Positions 1-9,097 of a stretch of 64,000 bases of DNA are shown one piece after another. Both the position numbers and the translations under genes were made by a program. Position 1 is the stretch's first letter, and every line of letters begins with the position of its first letter. Source of the DNA: Alistipes sp. (GTDB taxonomy: Bacteria > Bacteroidota > Bacteroidia > Bacteroidales > Rikenellaceae); contig JAGBVG010000062.1 in NCBI GenBank assembly GCA_017630455.1, positions 24,578 through 88,577 on the forward strand, written 5' to 3'. The notes under the pieces were generated by a model. It did not search any database. It saw nothing but the letters and a program-made list of their open reading frames with translations, and was not told the DNA's origin.

Positions 1-105
1 AAGCTCCACCTCCTGGCCATATTTGCGTTTGAGAGCCTCTGCCACGGCAACTGCCGGATATATATGTCCGCCGGTACCTCCGCCCGACAATATTATTCGT
101 TTCAT
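1..105 (-). CDS. murG: MurG glycosyltransferase, N-terminal fragment (runs off left edge)
   Basis: Manual translation of the minus strand gives [25 protein letters not shown], the GGTGGH signature of MurG; not in the ORF track. Confidence 0.92.
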   Translation of the reverse strand, partial: MKRIILSGGGTGGHIYPAVAVAEALKRKYGQEVEL

Positions 106-470
106 AAAGTCTGAAAAATGTTTGTCAACCCCGATGGTTTACAATTGTTCAACTGCCTGAAAATTAATTATTTAGCATAACCTATTTTATTATAGAGGTA
201 TATGCCCGCAATTTCACACTACAAAAGTATACAATCCCCGGTAATTTTACAAATGTAAATCGTCTGTTTTTTTCAAAAAAAGTTATATCGCGAGAGTGGT
301 ATTTGCATTGGCTGCTGTATGGCAGATTACGCTACCGCTGCGACATTTTCGTATGTAATAATCGACTATATTTAGAACGCTGATCTATCGAAGTCTGATA
401 CTTTTTTAGAAAAAAACACTTTTTTGGGTGAATTATGAGCCAATAGTTGTATATCCTTACAAAATTTTAG

Positions 471-478
471 TACCTTTG
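471..478 (+). promoter_or_regulatory. Bacteroidetes -7 promoter box (TAnnTTTG) for tkt
   Basis: TACCTTTG upstream of the ATG at 546. Confidence 0.6.
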
Positions 479-545
479 TATGATAATATACAAAACCCCC
501 AATCTGAGAAAGGACATAAGTACAAACAACAATATAACTTTAACT

Positions 546-2567
546 ATGGAAAACAACAAACTTCAGCGTGCTGCGGATAACATCCGTATCCTCGCAGCTT
601 CGATGGTCGAGAAGGCTAAGTCGGGGCACCCTGGTGGCGCAATGGGTGGCGCAGATTTTATCAACGTTCTCTATAGCGAGTTCCTTCGCTACGATCCAGA
701 TAATATGGCCTACCCACATCGCGATCGTTTGTTCCTCGATCCAGGACATATGTCGCCTATGCTCTATGCCGTACTCTCGTTGGCTGGCAACTACTCGACT
801 GAGGATTTGCAGAGCCTCCGTCAGTGGGGCAGCGTAACTCCTGGTCACCCAGAGGTAGACGTACTTCGCGGCGTGGAGAACACATCTGGCCCTCTTGGTC
901 AGGGTCACGCTATGGCTCTCGGTGCTGCTATTGCCGAGCGTTTTATGGTTGCTCGCTTCGGTGAGTGGATGGCACACAAGACTTACGCCTTCATCTCTGA
1001 CGGTGCTATCCAGGAGGAGATCTCACAGGGTGTTGGTCGCGTAGCTGGTCACCTCGGACTCTCGAACCTCATTATGTTCTACGACTCGAACAACGTTCAG
1101 CTCTCTACAAAGTGTGACGAGGTAGACACCGAGGATATCGAGATGAAGTATAAGGCTTGGAACTGGAATGTTATCACCGTAAATGGCCAGTCTATCGACG
1201 AGATTCGTGCTGCGTTGAAGGCTGCTATCGCCGAGACAGAGCGTCCTACACTTATCATAGGTAAGACCATTATGGGCTTCGGTGCTCGCAAGGCTGATGG
1301 CACATCGTTCGAGAATCAGGTATCTACTCACGGTCAGCCTCTTACAGCTGCTGGTGCTGACATCGCGGAGACCATCAAGAACCTCGGTGGCAACCCTGAG
1401 GAGCCATTTGCAGTATTCGAGGAGTCGAAGGAGATCTATGCACAGCGTCGCGAGGAGCTTCGCGCGTGGGCTAAGGAGATGCAGGCTACAGAGGCAGAGT
1501 GGCGCAAGGCTAACCCAGCTCTCGCTGAGAAGATGGATAACTTCTACTCTGGCAAGCTCCCAGAGATCGACTACTCTAAGATCGAGGTTAAGCCAGATCA
1601 GGCTACACGTGCTGCTTCAGCAAATATGCTTTCGTACTTCGCTGAGCACGTTGAGAATATGGTAGTATCGTCTGCCGACCTCTCGAACTCAGATAAGACC
1701 GACGGTTTCCTCAAGAAGACCAAGGCATTTACCAAGGGTGACTTCACAGGTCAGTTCTTCCAGGCTGGTGTTGCTGAGTTGACTATGGCTTGCGTTATGA
1801 ATGGTATGGCTCTCCACGGCGGTATCATCCCTGCTTGTGGTACATTCTTCGTATTCTCAGACTATATGAAGCCTGCGGTACGTCTCTCGGCTCTTATGGA
1901 GAAGAAGGTTATCTACATCTGGACACACGACTCATTCCGCGTAGGTGAGGATGGTCCTACCCACGAGCCTGTGGAGCACGAGGCACAGATTCGCCTTATG
2001 GAGCACCTCCACAACCACTCTGGCAAGCGTTCTATGCTTGTTCTTCGTCCTGCAGACTCTGAGGAGACCGTAGCAGCGTGGAAGATGGCTATGGAGGAGA
2101 CACGTCCTGTGGCGTTGATTCTTTCGCGCCAGAATATCAAGTCGTTGCCAGCTCTTGGTGGCGAGTCACGTCGCACAGAGGCTATGAAGGCTGAGCGCGG
2201 TGGTTATGTAGTTTTGGAGAACAAGGATGCTAAGGTTACCCTTATCGCTACTGGTTCTGAGGTATCTACACTCGTTGAGGGTGCTGAGATCTTGGCCGAG
2301 GAGGGTATCGCAACACGTATCGTATCTATCCCATCTGAGGGCTTGTTCCGCGACCAGGATAAGGCATACCAGGCAGAGGTACTTGGCAACTTGCCACGCT
2401 ACGGTATGACCTCTGGTTTGTCTGTAAACCTTCGTGGTTTGGTGGGTGAGGATGGCTTCATCCACGGCTTCGACCACTTTGGTTACTCAGCTCCATTCAA
2501 GGTTCTCGACGAGAAGTTTGGTTACAATGGTAAGACTGTTGCCGAGGAGGTTAAGTCATTGTTGTAA
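546..2567 (+). CDS. tkt: Transketolase
   Basis: SGHPG, TPGHPE, GPLGQG, TPP-binding SDG..EEIS, THDSFRVGEDGPTHEP motifs; start moved from 480 to 546 because 480 abuts the promoter box. Confidence 0.96.
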   Translation: MENNKLQRAADNIRILAASMVEKAKSGHPGGAMGGADFINVLYSEFLRYDPDNMAYPHRDRLFLDPGHMSPMLYAVLSLAGNYSTEDLQSLRQWGSVTPGHPEVDVLRGVENTSGPLGQGHAMALGAAIAERFMVARFGEWMAHKTYAFISDGAIQEEISQGVGRVAGHLGLSNLIMFYDSNNVQLSTKCDEVDTEDIEMKYKAWNWNVITVNGQSIDEIRAALKAAIAETERPTLIIGKTIMGFGARKADGTSFENQVSTHGQPLTAAGADIAETIKNLGGNPEEPFAVFEESKEIYAQRREELRAWAKEMQATEAEWRKANPALAEKMDNFYSGKLPEIDYSKIEVKPDQATRAASANMLSYFAEHVENMVVSSADLSNSDKTDGFLKKTKAFTKGDFTGQFFQAGVAELTMACVMNGMALHGGIIPACGTFFVFSDYMKPAVRLSALMEKKVIYIWTHDSFRVGEDGPTHEPVEHEAQIRLMEHLHNHSGKRSMLVLRPADSEETVAAWKMAMEETRPVALILSRQNIKSLPALGGESRRTEAMKAERGGYVVLENKDAKVTLIATGSEVSTLVEGAEILAEEGIATRIVSIPSEGLFRDQDKAYQAEVLGNLPRYGMTSGLSVNLRGLVGEDGFIHGFDHFGYSAPFKVLDEKFGYNGKTVAEEVKSLL

Positions 2568-2587
2568 TGTGATACAAATATATATGA

Positions 2588-2626
2588 AGAGGGTGTCCAA
2601 TCACAAGTTGGACACCCTCTCGTTTT
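2588..2626 (+). terminator. Intrinsic terminator / dispersed palindromic repeat
   Basis: AGAGGGTGTCCAA-7 nt-TTGGACACCCTCT followed by CGTTTT, between convergent genes. Confidence 0.75.
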
Positions 2627-2681
2627 AAGGTAATGATGCGAAAAGCGGTAATGATGCAAAAAGTGGTGCTTTGCCTTTTTA

Positions 2682-3731
2682 TTACTTCATTTCGAGCTGC
2701 TGACGCACCGACTCCTCGTGTACCGCACTGTAAATCTGATTTATGAAGCTACGCGATAGACCCATAAACTCTGCTCGTGCCTCGGCGGACTCAAGGAGTT
2801 CGTTGTATCTGTCGTGCTGAACAACCGCCATTGCGTGCTGCTGCTTGTAGCGACCTATCTCGCGCGCCACGTCCATACGCTCCGCCAATAGCTCTATGAT
2901 GCGGCTATCTATGGAGTCGATATGTGCGCGGTAATCACCTAAGATATTCGACTCCGCGGGTGTGCGGCGCAACTCGAGTCTCTGCAACATATCACGCAAA
3001 GTCTCTGGCGTTATCTGCTGTGCCGCATCGCTGAGAGCCTCCTCGGGGCAGTTGTGACACTCGATCATAAGTCCCGAGAAACCGAGGTCGAGGGCCTGCT
3101 GCGAGAGCTGTGCCACGAGGTCGCGACGGCCACCTATATGGCTGGGATCGGAGAGAATCTGCAGCGCGGGGATGCGGCGGTGTAACTCTATAGGCACCGA
3201 CCAGTGTGGCGCATTGCGGTACTGCGATGTCTGGTGTGTGCCGAAGCCACGATGCACCGCGGCGATGCGTCTTACACCACTATTATATATACGCTCTATA
3301 GCCCCCACCCAGAGGTCCACATCGGGTATCACGGGGTTTTTTACGATTACGGCGGTATCCACACCCCTCAGCGCATCGGCAATCTGCTGCGTGGCAAAGG
3401 GGTTTGTGGTGGTGCGCGCCCCTATCCACACGCCATCTACCCCCGCCTCGAGGGCATACTCCAAGTGCTCGGGAGTCGCCACCTCCGTGATAACACTAAG
3501 CCCATACTCCGCCTTTGCCTCGCTGAGCCACGCCAAGGCCTCACGCCCTATGCCCTCGAAAGAGCCAGGTTTGGTGCGGGGTTTCCACACTCCGGCGCGC
3601 AACACCTTGACTCCTGCAGCGGCGACACCTCGCGCTGTGGTGAGCAGTTGGCTGCGGCTCTCGGCGCTGCAAGGACCTGCGATATAGAGAGGCTCGGAAC
3701 ACTCCGAGAATATGGGCTTAATGTCGTTCAT
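2682..3731 (-). CDS. Bifunctional DAHP synthase (class I-beta) / chorismate mutase
   Basis: IAGPCSAE, WKPRTKPGSFEG, WIGARTT, DPSHIGG; C-terminal AroQ-like R..ID.ID.RIIELLAERM. Confidence 0.93.
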   Translation of the reverse strand: MNDIKPIFSECSEPLYIAGPCSAESRSQLLTTARGVAAAGVKVLRAGVWKPRTKPGSFEGIGREALAWLSEAKAEYGLSVITEVATPEHLEYALEAGVDGVWIGARTTTNPFATQQIADALRGVDTAVIVKNPVIPDVDLWVGAIERIYNSGVRRIAAVHRGFGTHQTSQYRNAPHWSVPIELHRRIPALQILSDPSHIGGRRDLVAQLSQQALDLGFSGLMIECHNCPEEALSDAAQQITPETLRDMLQRLELRRTPAESNILGDYRAHIDSIDSRIIELLAERMDVAREIGRYKQQHAMAVVQHDRYNELLESAEARAEFMGLSRSFINQIYSAVHEESVRQQLEMK

Positions 3732-3735
3732 TTGG

Positions 3736-4173
3736 TTACTCCTCCACTATTGTTATTGAGAGAATGAGGTCGCCAGGACGGATGTCGTCGATGACATCCA
3801 CGCCCTCCACAACCTTACCGAAGCAGGTGTGACGGCCGTCGAGATGCTGGGTGTTCATACGGTTGTGGCAGATGAAGAACTGCGAGCCTCCGGTGTTTGG
3901 GCCACGGTGAGCCATAGAGAGCACACCACGGTCGTGGTACTGACGCTCGGCGCGTGTCTCACAAGGGATAGTGTATCCTGGGCCTCCTGTGCCATCGCCC
4001 TTAGGGCAGCCACCCTGAATCACGAAATCAGGAATCACGCGGTGGAAGCACAATGCGTCGTAGAAGTGGCTCTCGGCGAGTTTCACGAAGTTATCGACGG
4101 TGATAGGGGTCTCCTCGGCGTACAACTCCGCCTTCATATCACCCTTTTCGGTAGAGATAATTGCGTATTTCAT
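3736..4173 (-). CDS. Cyclophilin-type peptidyl-prolyl cis-trans isomerase
   Basis: [41 protein letters not shown]. Confidence 0.95.
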   Translation of the reverse strand: MKYAIISTEKGDMKAELYAEETPITVDNFVKLAESHFYDALCFHRVIPDFVIQGGCPKGDGTGGPGYTIPCETRAERQYHDRGVLSMAHRGPNTGGSQFFICHNRMNTQHLDGRHTCFGKVVEGVDVIDDIRPGDLILSITIVEE

Positions 4174-4264
4174 AGTCTATATATTTATATATATGCAAAG
4201 ATAGCGATTTGTATCGAGATATCAACACTTGGGGCGCTATTTGTTCTGCATACTTTACAAAAAC

Positions 4265-4296
4265 AAAAAACACCCCAAACGGAGTTTGAGGTGTTT
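4265..4296 (-). terminator. Intrinsic terminator of the TlpA-DUF6029-Omp28 operon
   Basis: Minus strand AAACACCTCAAACTCCGTTTGGGGTGTTTTTT hairpin plus T-run. Confidence 0.7.
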
Positions 4297-4319
4297 CGTG
4301 TTATTATAAGGTGAGTATC

Positions 4320-5438
4320 TTACTGAACGTACTCGAATGCCTTGCTCTCGCCAAGTGCGCAGTATGCTGCGTTAGCAACCTCCCAGTTACCAAGAGAATC
4401 CTTAGCTGAAACGATTACGAGAACACCCATATTCTCATACTTCCACTTTTTGTTAGTCATAGCAAGCTCAAATGCGCAGTCGTGAGTCTTACCAGCCTCA
4501 AGAACACCGATAGACTCACCAGAGATGTTGGTCTTACTATACTCGCCAGAGATGTTACGAAGAGCGTAGTTGTAGATCCTGTGGTAGTCCTTAGTTGCAC
4601 CTGCCTGGCTTGGGCTGTAGATGCCGCTCTCGAGCAACCAAGCAACAACCTTATACTCCTGAGCCTTAGCAGCCTTTACCTGTGCAGCGCAGTAGATGTA
4701 AGTAGCGTCGCCATCAACTGCCAAAGAGATACCTACGTCAGCACCATCCTCCTTGATGTAGCTCATAAGAATGTCTGTGAAGCCCGCTACTGAGCGGCTT
4801 GCTGGCTGGCCACTATAGAAGTTAAGACGTACGTCTGGGTAACCTGTTGGGCTGTAGAAGCCATTTACCTTGTTAGCAGCGTCAGAGTTTGCAGGGTCAC
4901 CGGATGCATAGTAACCTGCGTGTACCTGGACCTCGTGGTAGTGCTGGTGAGCATCAGTCTTCTCAAGGCTACGGAATACGTCAATTACTGAAGGGCAGTA
5001 ACCACAGCCTACACCTGTGTTGTCGATGAACAAACCGCGGTGGTTGAACTTGAGGTTAGCTGGCTGTGGGTCAGCAGGAACATCAGGCATCTGAGCCATA
5101 ACGGTGATAGTTACATTGTTAGATGACTCAGAACCTACAGTAGCATAGAAAGTGTAGCTACCTGATGCAGCAGGGGTATATGGGTTAGCAACCTGATCAA
5201 GATCAACTGTGTAGAATGAAGCTGACGCTGTGAGGTCGTTACCCTCAGCATCAGTTACGGTGAAGGTTACAGACTCGCCAAGCTGGAGAGTGGTCTTATC
5301 AACTGCGAGAGTGATGTTACCAGATGGCTCTGGAGTAGGGTTTGGAGTAGGCTCTCCGTTCTTGTTCTCCACAGCCTCGCAACCTGCAAAGCCTACAGCT
5401 GCTGCGCAGAGAAGCGCAAAAAACTTTGTGAATTTCAT
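4320..5438 (-). CDS. Omp28-related outer-membrane lipoprotein with thioredoxin-like CxxC
   Basis: Lipobox FAGC, Pro-rich linker, Ig-like domain, TGVGCGYCP, GYP, WLLESGI..Q, YNYALR pattern. Confidence 0.8.
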   Translation of the reverse strand: MKFTKFFALLCAAAVGFAGCEAVENKNGEPTPNPTPEPSGNITLAVDKTTLQLGESVTFTVTDAEGNDLTASASFYTVDLDQVANPYTPAASGSYTFYATVGSESSNNVTITVMAQMPDVPADPQPANLKFNHRGLFIDNTGVGCGYCPSVIDVFRSLEKTDAHQHYHEVQVHAGYYASGDPANSDAANKVNGFYSPTGYPDVRLNFYSGQPASRSVAGFTDILMSYIKEDGADVGISLAVDGDATYIYCAAQVKAAKAQEYKVVAWLLESGIYSPSQAGATKDYHRIYNYALRNISGEYSKTNISGESIGVLEAGKTHDCAFELAMTNKKWKYENMGVLVIVSAKDSLGNWEVANAAYCALGESKAFEYVQ

Positions 5439-5466
5439 AGCTTTAAATAGTTTTAGTTATTATAAA

Positions 5467-6543
5467 TTAGTTGTTATAGTCGTAAGTAACCGAGTCGTTG
5501 ATAGGACAGAGAACAACGTTGGCAACGTCGTAACGATTATTAGCATCCTTCTTCGACACGATGAGCATAACCTTCATATTGTCGCGGTTCCAAGTGTCGC
5601 GAGCGATAGTGAGGTTGAGGATCTGCGTAGCAGTCTCGCCAGCCTTCAACGCACCAAGCTCATAGCCAGTAAGAGGCGATGTGGTGGCAGCCTGACGGAT
5701 GGCGTTGTTGTGGATATTCATCCAAGCCTCGGTAGCATTGGTCTGCTTAGCCTCGATGCCATCCTCCAACAACCACGCGGTGATGCTATACTCGCCATCT
5801 ACAGCAGCCTTAACCTCGGCGTGTACAACAGCCGACTTAGTAGCCATACTTGCGGATGCTGCGATACCTGCATCGGCAGCCTCCTTCCACAACGCGTCGA
5901 TCTGGGTCTTGATATGCTCAGCATTGTAGCTCGACGACGTTGGGTAGTAGAAGTTGTAGGTGAGCGTTGGATATCCCGGAAGACCATAGTGTGAGCTGAT
6001 AGAGGCAGCAGCACCAGAGAATGCAGGGTCGGTGTTTGAATAGGAGTGTGACATAGCCTCGTAGTACTTACCGTGGTAGCCCTCTGTCTCCTCGACCTCC
6101 TTCAACGCCTTCATCATCTGTGGGCAGTAGCCGCAGGTGTTACCAGTGTGGTCAATGAGCAAGATGCGGTGCTTGAACGAGGTGTTCAAAGTATCGGTAT
6201 CCTTAGGGAGTGCTGGAACCTCTGGGGTTACAGTAACCTTGAAGTCCTTAGAGATTGCATCGCCAACAACAGCGTAGAACTTGTAGTCGCCATCCTCGGT
6301 AGGAGTAAATGGGTTAGCCACCTGCACATAGTCGTGAGACTTGTCGTAGATAGTAGCTCCACCAGTAACATCAGCGCCCTTGCTATCCTTAACAACAAAG
6401 TGGATTGGGGTGTTAACCTCCACCACTGTCTCGGCGCTGAGGGTGATATCGCCTGTGGCTACTACATCATCGCCAGCTGGCGTACAAGCAGCAAACATAG
6501 CCACTGCGGCAGCTACAAGCGCGAAAAACTTTGTAAATTTCAT
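5467..6543 (-). CDS. Omp28-related outer-membrane lipoprotein (paralog of 4320-5438)
   Basis: Lipobox FAAC, TGNTCGYCP, GYPT, WLLEDGI..KQ, HNNAIR; same N-terminus MKFTKFFAL as its neighbour. Confidence 0.8.
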   Translation of the reverse strand: MKFTKFFALVAAAVAMFAACTPAGDDVVATGDITLSAETVVEVNTPIHFVVKDSKGADVTGGATIYDKSHDYVQVANPFTPTEDGDYKFYAVVGDAISKDFKVTVTPEVPALPKDTDTLNTSFKHRILLIDHTGNTCGYCPQMMKALKEVEETEGYHGKYYEAMSHSYSNTDPAFSGAAASISSHYGLPGYPTLTYNFYYPTSSSYNAEHIKTQIDALWKEAADAGIAASASMATKSAVVHAEVKAAVDGEYSITAWLLEDGIEAKQTNATEAWMNIHNNAIRQAATTSPLTGYELGALKAGETATQILNLTIARDTWNRDNMKVMLIVSKKDANNRYDVANVVLCPINDSVTYDYNN

Positions 6544-6559
6544 ATTCTTGTTCTATCTT

Positions 6560-8269
6560 TTAGAATGATAATGTCATAGCAAGGTTGAAACCTGTGTAGG
6601 CTGGCTGGAAGCGGCAAACACCACCCGAGCATACATAACCTGCGCGGTTACGACCGTATGAGAGCTGCGCGCGGAAGCTGTTGTGTGTGAAGCTTGCGCC
6701 AACCTGGTAGTAGTGCAAGAGGTAGTGATCGCCCTCGTAGGTCTCGAGATCCATAAAGTAGTTACCATAAAGACCATCCTGCATCTTCTCGCAGTTCCAC
6801 ATATCGCTAACGTAGAAGCTGAACTTAGGTGCAAGGTTATACTCGATAGTTGCTGCTACCCAGTCACCCTCGTAGTCGTTAGAGGCGAGATACTGTGCCT
6901 CGAAACGCATAGAGTGCTTCTTGTTGAACTTATAGGTAACATCGCCCACGAAGATGTGTGAACGGCAGTAGTGTGCCTCAGGAGCATCGAAGTGGTTGAT
7001 CTCCTCGTCCCAACGCTGGAATGAGTAGAGGAACGTTGTCTTAAGCTGCTTGTTCCACTGACGCTCCACGTCGAAGTTGAGGTCGAGCCATACGTTACGA
7101 CCCTCCAAATCCATCTCATAAATCTGGTTGAAGTGGTCGAGGGTGTTGAACATCGAGAAGTTGAGGTGGAAGTTCCAGTACTTACCGCGAGCCTTAGGGT
7201 TACGCAACGAGTAGTACAAGTCGATCTGACCACCTACCTCACCACCAGTGTGAACGCTTGAGCCACGGTAAGGGTTGAGGTTTGCCAACGAGTAGGTGTG
7301 CTGACGGGTGAGGAGTGGAACGTAGTTCATAACGTTACCACCGCCGATACCCATAGGTACTACATCAATTGGAGTGGTCATATTCTCCATACGGCGGAAT
7401 GTTGCCGATGCTGAGAAGCGCTTGTAGTTGTAACCCAAATCGAGGTAGATTACGTTACCCTTAGCAGGCTTCAACATAGGATTTGGAAGATCCTCGCTAA
7501 TCTTTGCTGCATACTCACCACGGATGCTGACGCCAGCATACTCAAAGTTCAAGCGACCAGAGACCATATCGAGGTAATCCTGCGAAAAGTCGATGTAAGA
7601 GAGATTGCTCATATCGCTGTCGAGACGAGCAACATAGCTACCCTCCAAAACAAGCATACCATTCTGCCAGCCAATCATATCTGCAACCGAGAGAGAGAGG
7701 TCGCCACCAAGAACCCAGTTACCAGAGCGGACGTCGTAAAGACGTGGCACACCTGCGATAAACTTATACTTCACATACTTATCGCCGAAGTGAATTTTTG
7801 CACCTGCCAACGAGTTATTGAAACCGAGGGCACGATCCTCGTATGAACGGAAGACGAGACCGTTACCAAACTGGTCGTAAATATCACCTAAGCGGATACC
7901 CCAGTTCTCGTCCTCCCACTGGATATACTTTGTGAGGAAGCCAGTCATCTTTGTATCACGCTGCTGGTAGGTGTACATATCATAGCCATAAAGACCTGGA
8001 AGATAAGCATCTACCTGAACACCTGCAGAGAACTTACCCAAAGAGTAGTCTACCTTTACGTAGTCGTTAGAACCGAAGTCACCACGTGTACGCTCAGCAG
8101 GCTTAACAAGACCAATCTTCTCCAAGGTCTTATCCTCCATATAGTAGCTGTTGTTGCTCTCCAAGGCAATAGAGACCTGACCCTCGCCAGCCTTTATCTG
8201 TGCCGAAGCCTCATTAACACAAAAAGTTGCACATAACGCAACACCCAAAAAGAGTAAAAATTTCTTCAT
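6560..8269 (-). CDS. DUF6029 family outer-membrane beta-barrel protein
   Basis: Signal peptide, GDIYDQFGNGLVFRSYEDR, C-terminal YGRNRAGYVCSGGVCR and terminal Phe; start MKKFLL at 8269 preferred. Confidence 0.8.
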   Translation of the reverse strand: MKKFLLFLGVALCATFCVNEASAQIKAGEGQVSIALESNNSYYMEDKTLEKIGLVKPAERTRGDFGSNDYVKVDYSLGKFSAGVQVDAYLPGLYGYDMYTYQQRDTKMTGFLTKYIQWEDENWGIRLGDIYDQFGNGLVFRSYEDRALGFNNSLAGAKIHFGDKYVKYKFIAGVPRLYDVRSGNWVLGGDLSLSVADMIGWQNGMLVLEGSYVARLDSDMSNLSYIDFSQDYLDMVSGRLNFEYAGVSIRGEYAAKISEDLPNPMLKPAKGNVIYLDLGYNYKRFSASATFRRMENMTTPIDVVPMGIGGGNVMNYVPLLTRQHTYSLANLNPYRGSSVHTGGEVGGQIDLYYSLRNPKARGKYWNFHLNFSMFNTLDHFNQIYEMDLEGRNVWLDLNFDVERQWNKQLKTTFLYSFQRWDEEINHFDAPEAHYCRSHIFVGDVTYKFNKKHSMRFEAQYLASNDYEGDWVAATIEYNLAPKFSFYVSDMWNCEKMQDGLYGNYFMDLETYEGDHYLLHYYQVGASFTHNSFRAQLSYGRNRAGYVCSGGVCRFQPAYTGFNLAMTLSF

Positions 8270-8342
8270 TCTCGTAAGTTTATATTTTGGCACATAAGGG
8301 AGCTACGCATAGTAACTCCCTGTGTCAATAAGTTCGCTAAAA

Positions 8343-8825
8343 TTATTTGAGTGACTTGATCTTCTCGAACAACTCCTGCTCGCTACCTGGAGTGTAGCCA
8401 GAGTGTGAGTAAACGATGTTACCCTTACCATCTACGATAAATGTATGTGGTGTGAGGCTCACGTTCATAGCGCGCTTCAAGTCCTGATTCTTGTCGTAAA
8501 CACAAGTGAAGTCATCCCAACCCTGACCCTGGGTCATAGCGCGGGCGCGGCTCAAGGTACGAGCGTCGTCAACAGATACTGCAACAACCTTCATATCTAC
8601 CTCGTCCAACCACTCGTAGAGGCTCTCGTTGATAGCGTTAAGCTCCATAATGCAAGGCTTGCAAGTTGTAGACCAAAATGAGATGATCATTGGTGTGCCG
8701 TCGACTACCTCGCGGATAGAGATTGTCTTACCCTCCTGATTCTCAACCTTTACATCTGGAAGAGTCTGTGCAGATGCGCTAACACCTACGAAGAGTGCGA
8801 GCATCAAAAACATTAGCTTTTTCAT
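8343..8825 (-). CDS. TlpA/ResA-family thiol-disulfide oxidoreductase (exported)
   Basis: Signal peptide, FWSTTCKPC, VSVDD, PHTFIVDGKG. Confidence 0.88.
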   Translation of the reverse strand: MKKLMFLMLALFVGVSASAQTLPDVKVENQEGKTISIREVVDGTPMIISFWSTTCKPCIMELNAINESLYEWLDEVDMKVVAVSVDDARTLSRARAMTQGQGWDDFTCVYDKNQDLKRAMNVSLTPHTFIVDGKGNIVYSHSGYTPGSEQELFEKIKSLK

Positions 8826-9097
8826 AGTACTATTGAAGTTTTAGTTAACAATTATTTCTCCCTGCGTGCGTCGTGATCTCTATTCTCACAACGCTTAAAT
8901 AGTTAGGCTTAGTATACCTTATCTATTTTAACTGTGCGCAAGATAGTGATTTTTTCGGAAACTGCACACATTTTATCCCAAAAAAATGACTCAAACAGCA
9001 AAAAAAGAGGGTGAATTAGAACAAAAACAAATAACCCAACAGCCATCTCGGCTATCGGGTTATTGTGTAAAATGGCTCTGCAGATATAATCACAGGC

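Noticed and set aside
1-545. murG not preceded by ftsW as a notable rearrangement
   Set aside because: Only 35 codons are visible, and split dcw clusters may be normal in this lineage; cannot be judged here
480-545. Longer ORF-track starts for tkt, DUF6029, lipA, ftsX, the DUF4270-like gene, the TPR regulator and the ATPase
   Set aside because: The extensions abut or overlap promoter boxes or upstream genes, or precede a clear signal peptide; downstream ATGs were used
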